NCBI GenBank assembly: GCA_964035575.1
Contig: OZ037839.1
Coordinates: 558,001 to 622,000 of the forward strand
Origin: Rhynchopus sp. YZ270_cl-10
Taxonomy: Eukaryota
Reading direction: 5' to 3'
DNA: 64,000 nt
Shown: in pieces, positions 58,713 through 64,000 of the stretch
Position numbering within the stretch: position 1 is the stretch's first letter
Layout of the letters: each line of letters starts with the position of its first letter
Notes under the pieces: model-generated
Database searches by the model: none
Told to the model about the DNA's origin: nothing
The model's input: the letters and a program-made list of their open reading frames with translations, nothing else
Program-made: the position numbers and the translations under genes

Positions 58713-61408
58713 CAGGGCACTAGCTAGGTGCTTTTTTGCGGTTTCAAAACCGCAAAAACCCGGTTTTGCGGTTTACAGGCTGTATCCTAAGTCGGGAAAA
58801 AACCACCATTTTCGGACCCGTCGTGTCCCAGAATTTTTTTTCCCAAAAAAAAAAAAAAAAAAAGACAAAAAAAAACCCATTCCGAGCTTTCGGCCCCGCA
58901 CGTTGGCGGGGCATCTCCGCTCATATGTGGCCCGGTAAACTCATTCCGAGCTTTCGGCCCCGTACGTTGGCGGGGCATCTCCGCTCATATGTACAAAATT
59001 TTGGTGATTTAAATTTCCGCAAAATATGAACCCATCCTCGTAAACAATAGTCATTTTCAGGCTGAGAACCATGAAATTGTGGTGTTTTGACTGGGAACAG
59101 GTAGCGCCGCAGGCGCACGGTACCCAACTTTTGCCTTTTTCTTTTCCCTTTTCCCTGCCTTCTTTTGATTGCGCGAGCCGATTGCTCGGTGAGGTCGCAT
59201 GTGCGTGTAAAAACACTCTAACGCACCCTTACTATGAAATATGAGATTCTCTGGTTTTAGTAAGGAAAAACGTACCGAGCAAAATCACCAAAATCTACGG
59301 TAGTCGGTAGTAATCCAGCGCGACCCCTGATAGGGAACTGCATTTTTTTTATGGCGCCGCAGGCGAAAAAAAATTAGAGTACGGTGTACGAATATAGCTA
59401 TTGATACAAGTCACTCAACGAACCCTTTTTGCGGAGCAAAAAAGGAAAAATGGCGCCGCAGGCAAAAAAAATTAAGGTACAGGATGCAACCCAGTTCCCA
59501 GGTGCATATCCTGGAAGGAAATTTATTGCCTGAGGGAAATTTATTGCCGGCCGATTTTTTTCTTTCTTTTGGCTAAAAAAATCGCCACGTACCACGAAAA
59601 AAAAAAAAAAAAAAGCGGGAAAAAAAAAAAAAAAGCGTGTCCCAGAACCCAGAAAAAAAAAAAAAAGGGTTGAAAACGGGCCGAAAAAACGTGTCCCAGA
59701 ATCCAGATTAGGATACAGCCTGCGGTTTGGCGAAAAAAAAAAAAAAAAAACGGAAAATCTCGGGCAGAGCTCGCGCTAAAGTCCATCCCTCATCCCGGGA
59801 TTTTTGGGGGTTTTGGTAGGAACGTTTTTTTTTTGCAGTACGGGGATTTCATTAAGAAACCAGAAGTTCTAATATTGTTGAGTAAGACCACCACATAGTG
59901 GACTTGCATATACATGTGACCCCGCCGCGGAACGCAATTGGCTCGGAAAGTCAAAAGAAAGAGGAGAAAAAAGAAAAGGAAAAAAAAAAAAAAAAGTTGG
60001 TTACCGTGCGCCTGCGGCGCTGCCTGTTCCCTTCCAGTTTCTACAGGCAAACACTTGCCCCCTTTACCTTACACTGACGGGTTTTGACCAAAACCAAGAA
60101 CTTGTCCATTTCGGCAAATTGACCCCACCACAGAACGGACGAATTCCGGAAATGCAAATGCCGGTGTTTTCGCGCATTTTCATGTTGCAAGACGTCAGGA
60201 TCAGGGAGAGAAAATCTGGTTGTGGGATTTACATTGGCCCTCTTTACCCACATGGATTTTGACCAAAACCAAAAAATTGGCCATTTCGGCAAAGTGACCC
60301 CACCACAGCGCGGACGGATTCCGGAAATTCCAATCGCGGTATGTTTTGGGGCTGAAAACCCACTGATTTTCAGGAGAAAAATTGCTTCCAAATCTCGGAA
60401 TTTTCCGAATTTTCCTGAAAATGACCCTTGTTTACGACTATGGGTTCATATTTTGCGAAAATTTAAGTCACTAAAATTTTGTCCATTTTTCCGTATATAC
60501 CCCACCACAAGCCGGGATTGGCCCGGAAATGCCACAAAACGGGGTTTCCGGGCCTCCCCAGCTAACCTTTTCAAGGAACGTTTTTCCGTACCCGAAATCC
60601 ATTTTTTCCCCATTTTTTCCCATAATTAGCGCGACCACTGATCTCGGGGCAGGAAAAAAAAAAAAATGTGGGGGGTTTTGGGCACTGTTGGGGCCCCTCG
60701 CCCGACCCCCAGATGACTGGCATGATAGCACCTTAATTTTTTTCTGCTCGCTGCGCTCACGGAAGTACACCCCAAAAAAATTTCCGCTCGCTTCGCTCGC
60801 GGAGTTAACCCATATTTTTTTTTGCCTGCGGCGCCATTTTCCTTTTTTTGCTTCGCAAAAAGGGTTTGTTGAGTGACTCTGGTGTAAAACCGGCATCTTT
60901 ACACCGTACCCTAATTTTTTTTTGCCTGCGGCGCCATTTATTATTTTACAATGTCTTCGGGAATCCCCTTGCAATTTGGACAGTTGCATTTTGCAACCGA
61001 AAATGCAATCGATTCGGGTAGAGGGGTGGTCCACGATCGGTGAAATTAAGTCAGAGCATAGTGAGCCGGCGTGCCACCGCGGACATGGAGGAGTATGTAA
61101 TAGAATGGTCGACAGCAAACAGGAGACTGGGGGGGAGTATGTGCGAACGTCGGAAGCTGTGCAGACCATGCGGCAACACATGCTCACGCACAGAAGCATT
61201 CTGATACATGCAATGAAGTTGGCAGGAGATTCCACCAGGGGTCAGTCGGGTTTAGCCCCGTAAAAAATGCCCTGTAAATAACCCCTTCCCAAAATCTCCC
61301 CGTCCCTCATTCGTGTGTTTTCCCTTCTAGTTTGTCGCCGCGTGAAAATTTTTTTGAAACCGCAAAACCGCAAAAAAACGGGAAAAAAAAAGTCTAGCTA
61401 GTGCCCTG
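58713..61408. mobile_element. hAT-type non-autonomous element (2696 bp) with nested insertions
   Basis: TIR cagggcactagctag / ctagctagtgccctg with exact 8-bp TSD ACCCAATC. Nested IR element at 58776-59722 (caggctgtatcctaa / ttaggatacagcctg). Confidence 0.88.
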
Positions 61409-61710
61409 ACCCAATCCCGGATGAAAAAAAAAATCTATTTATTCGACTTTTTATACAGTAGTTTTATTTTGCGATAATTTCACGCTAATTTTCGATGCGA
61501 GTGTGGTTAATTTGCCGAGCGAAGCGAGGCAAATTGAGCTCACGAGCATCGAAAATTAGCGTGAAATTATCGCAAAATAAACTACTGTATAAAAATTCGA
61601 ATAGGTGATTTTAATTTGCGTGTTACATAAAGTTCTAGTGGGGGCTCTGTTGGAAAAGGGTAACTTATTTGTTGTGCAATCCATTAATGCTGTTTTTCCT
61701 GTACAAAAAT

Positions 61711-62348
61711 CAGGGTATTAGGGTGGTTAAAAAAACTGGTTTTGAAAACCAGTTTTTCCAAAAACTGGTTTTCAAAAAAAAAAAAAAAACAGAGAAATCT
61801 GGAGGGGAAAAAAAAACCGACACTTTTCACCAGGCCTTTCTGTAAATGTCGTCCCCAGATTAGGGCGGACTCGATTTTTTTCCCCGCATTTTCCCCCCGC
61901 CTGGTAGAACCGTGGTTGAACCACGGGAGTGCCATTTGGGAAATGGCTGTTCCTTGATTTTTTTTTGCCTGCGGCGCCATTTTTCATTTTTTGCTCCGCA
62001 AAAAAGGGTTCGTTTGAGTGGCTCTGTGGTGTAAAAAGCTAGATTTTTACACCGTACCCTCAAAATTTTTCGCCTGCGGCGCCATTTTATATTATTTTTT
62101 TGCCCCGCAAAAAAGAAAATACAGTCCCTCTGTTCCCAATGTCTACCCTGGGTCAGCAGCGCCGAAAAATATTTTGAATCTGGATTCCTGGATAAGACAC
62201 TGACCCCACCCCCAAAAAACCCGAAAAAGGTGACTGTGTCCGTCAACGGTGGAGGTTTTCGCCAGAAACACTAGTTTTTGCCGCCCAGGAGAGAAAACCA
62301 GAAAAACCAGTTTTTTCCGGGATTTTGGATTTTCACCCTAATACCCTG
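61711..62348. mobile_element. hAT-type MITE (638 bp)
   Basis: TIR cagggtattagggtg / caccctaataccctg with exact 8-bp TSD ACAAAAAT. Confidence 0.88.
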
Positions 62349-62395
62349 ACAAAAATACAGTGAAAAAAAAAAAAAAAAAAAAATCACGCCACTGG

Positions 62396-63550
62396 CAGGG
62401 GTGCTCATAAAACAGGGGTTTGGCGGGGTCATAAGTCATATCTCGAATTCGAGATATGACGGTTTTCAGATATGAGATATGATCCAAAAAAAAAAAAAAA
62501 CCCTGGTGGAAAAAAATTTTTGGTGGTGAAAAAAAGGGGTATGGGGTGCATTTTTGGGCGTTTTTGTCGATCGCATCGTCCGATTCGGTGCGATTGCAGA
62601 AAGTGATGGGGTCATTTTGGAAAAATGGACAAAAATTTATTGACTTAATTTTTTTCAAAATATGAACCCATACTCGTAAACAAGGGTCATTTTCAGGTTT
62701 GAAAACCCAACTTCAGATGAAATTGTGGTGTTTTGAGTGGGAACACAGTAGCGCCGCAGGCGCACGGTACCCAACTTTTGTCTTTTTCTTTTTCCCTTTT
62801 CTCTGCTTTCTTTTGATTGTGCGAGCCGATTGCTCTCCACGGTGGGGTCATATGTGTGTGCAAAAACACTCTGAAGTACCCTTCCTGTGAAATATGAGAT
62901 TCTCTGGTTTTAGTAAGGAAAAACGTACCGAGCAAAATCGTCAAAAATCTACGGTAGTCGGGGTGCGGGATTCGTGACCCAAAACATCGGTTTTTGGCAT
63001 TTCTGAATCTTTTCCAGAAAGCGGTGGGGTCATTTCGAAAAAATGGACAAAATTTTAGTGACTTAAATTTTCACAAAATATGAACCCATACTCTTACTGG
63101 GGGGGGTCGAATAAAGCACGTACGTGTTTTATTAGGCGTCCCTACACTTCAGATCCTGAGGTTTAAAAAAAAAAAAAAGTTCGAAAAGGCGAATAAAGCA
63201 CGTACGTGCTTTATTCGCCTTTTTGAACTTTTTGGAAAGTTTTTCCAGTCGCAATTTTTTTTTCGATTTTTTTTCGCCCAAGAGGTGATTTTGCTGCATT
63301 TCCGAGCCAATCCCGGCTTGTGGTGGGGCATATTCGGAAAAATGGACAAAATTTCAGCGACTTAAATTTTCACAAAATACGAACTACCTTGTCACAACAC
63401 AGGAAAAGTTCAAAAAGTCGAATAAAGCACGTACGTGCTTTATTCGACGCAAAAAAAAGCAAAAACCCCATTTTTCAAATGCGTGCTTTATTCGACGTAC
63501 GTGCTTTATTCGAATTACCTCGTTTATTCGGCCCCCAGTAAACAAGGGTG

Positions 63551-63581
<31 letters not shown>

Positions 63582-63615
63582 GGATCATATGTCATATCTC
63601 GTATGAGCACCCCTG
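62396..63615. mobile_element. TIR element (1220 bp) with 9-bp TSD
   Basis: TIR caggggtgctcata / tatgagcacccctg. TSD CGCCACTGG at 62387-62395 and 63616-63624. Confidence 0.85.
63097..63538. mobile_element. TA-flanked MITE nested in 62396-63615
   Basis: TA|ctggggg..cgaataaa ... tttattcggcccccag|TA, with a repeated palindrome gaataaagcacgtacgtgctttattc. An empty-site homolog (tgaacccatactcgTAaacaaggg) is at ~62663-62686. Confidence 0.82.
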
Positions 63616-64000
63616 CGCCACTGGCGTGAAAAAAAAAAAAAAAAAAAATCACGCTCCTACGTATTTTCCCACAGAAAATAAAAACACAAGTGAAAAAAAG
63701 TGAAAATACAGTAGTTTTATTTCCACAGAGACAAATTATCGACAATTAAAATTACCCTTTTCCAACGGAGCCCCACTAGAACTTTATTTAACAAGTGAAT
63801 TAAAAAACAAAAATAAAAAAATAAAATCAAAAACACAGTCAAAAGATGACTGTCTTCCAGTACTCTGGTCACTATTGTAAAGAAACATTGTTGAATAAGC
63901 AGTTTTTTTTTGTATGAGACACACACAATTTTGCTGCTTAAACCCTGTTTACCGCCAACTGTGGTGGGTTGTATTCGACCCACCAACAGCTGTGAGTGAA

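Larger units (their letters stand above)
61432..63806. mobile_element. Foldback element: GCGAAGC-capped hairpin plus distal inverted repeat, interrupted by nested MITEs
   Basis: Hairpin 61440-61603 is capped by gagcgaagcgag (61517-61528). An IR pairs ~61609-61670 with ~63745-63806. Confidence 0.7.

Overview
Eukaryotic, repeat-rich genomic DNA. Every credible protein gene lies on the minus strand, and the few introns are short GT-AG introns. This fits a euglenozoan-type polycistronic unit, most plausibly a diplonemid (inference). Housekeeping-type genes: a CBS-domain (AMPK-gamma-like) protein, an F-box-like protein, a SNF1/CIPK-type kinase, a 5-exon proteasome alpha-4/PSMA7 subunit and a presenilin with an N-terminal PDZ-like domain. 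These are interleaved with expanding families of variable repeat proteins: five ubiquitin-like(Ubl)-LRR genes ending in CaaX-like motifs, two Ubl-beta-propeller-like genes (one frameshifted) and two long ankyrin genes with 76-aa tandem repeats. The standout is the second ankyrin gene. It reads in frame into a Piwi/Argonaute; removing two small introns gives about 2293 aa. The slicer tetrad is lost but the MID 5'-phosphate pocket residues are kept. Intergenic DNA holds many non-autonomous TIR elements (several with exact TSDs, some nested), two foldback elements capped by GCGAAGC mini-hairpins, two orphan LSU rRNA fragments, microsatellites, and a short dispersed repeat whose copies (about 14 seen) all share one orientation.
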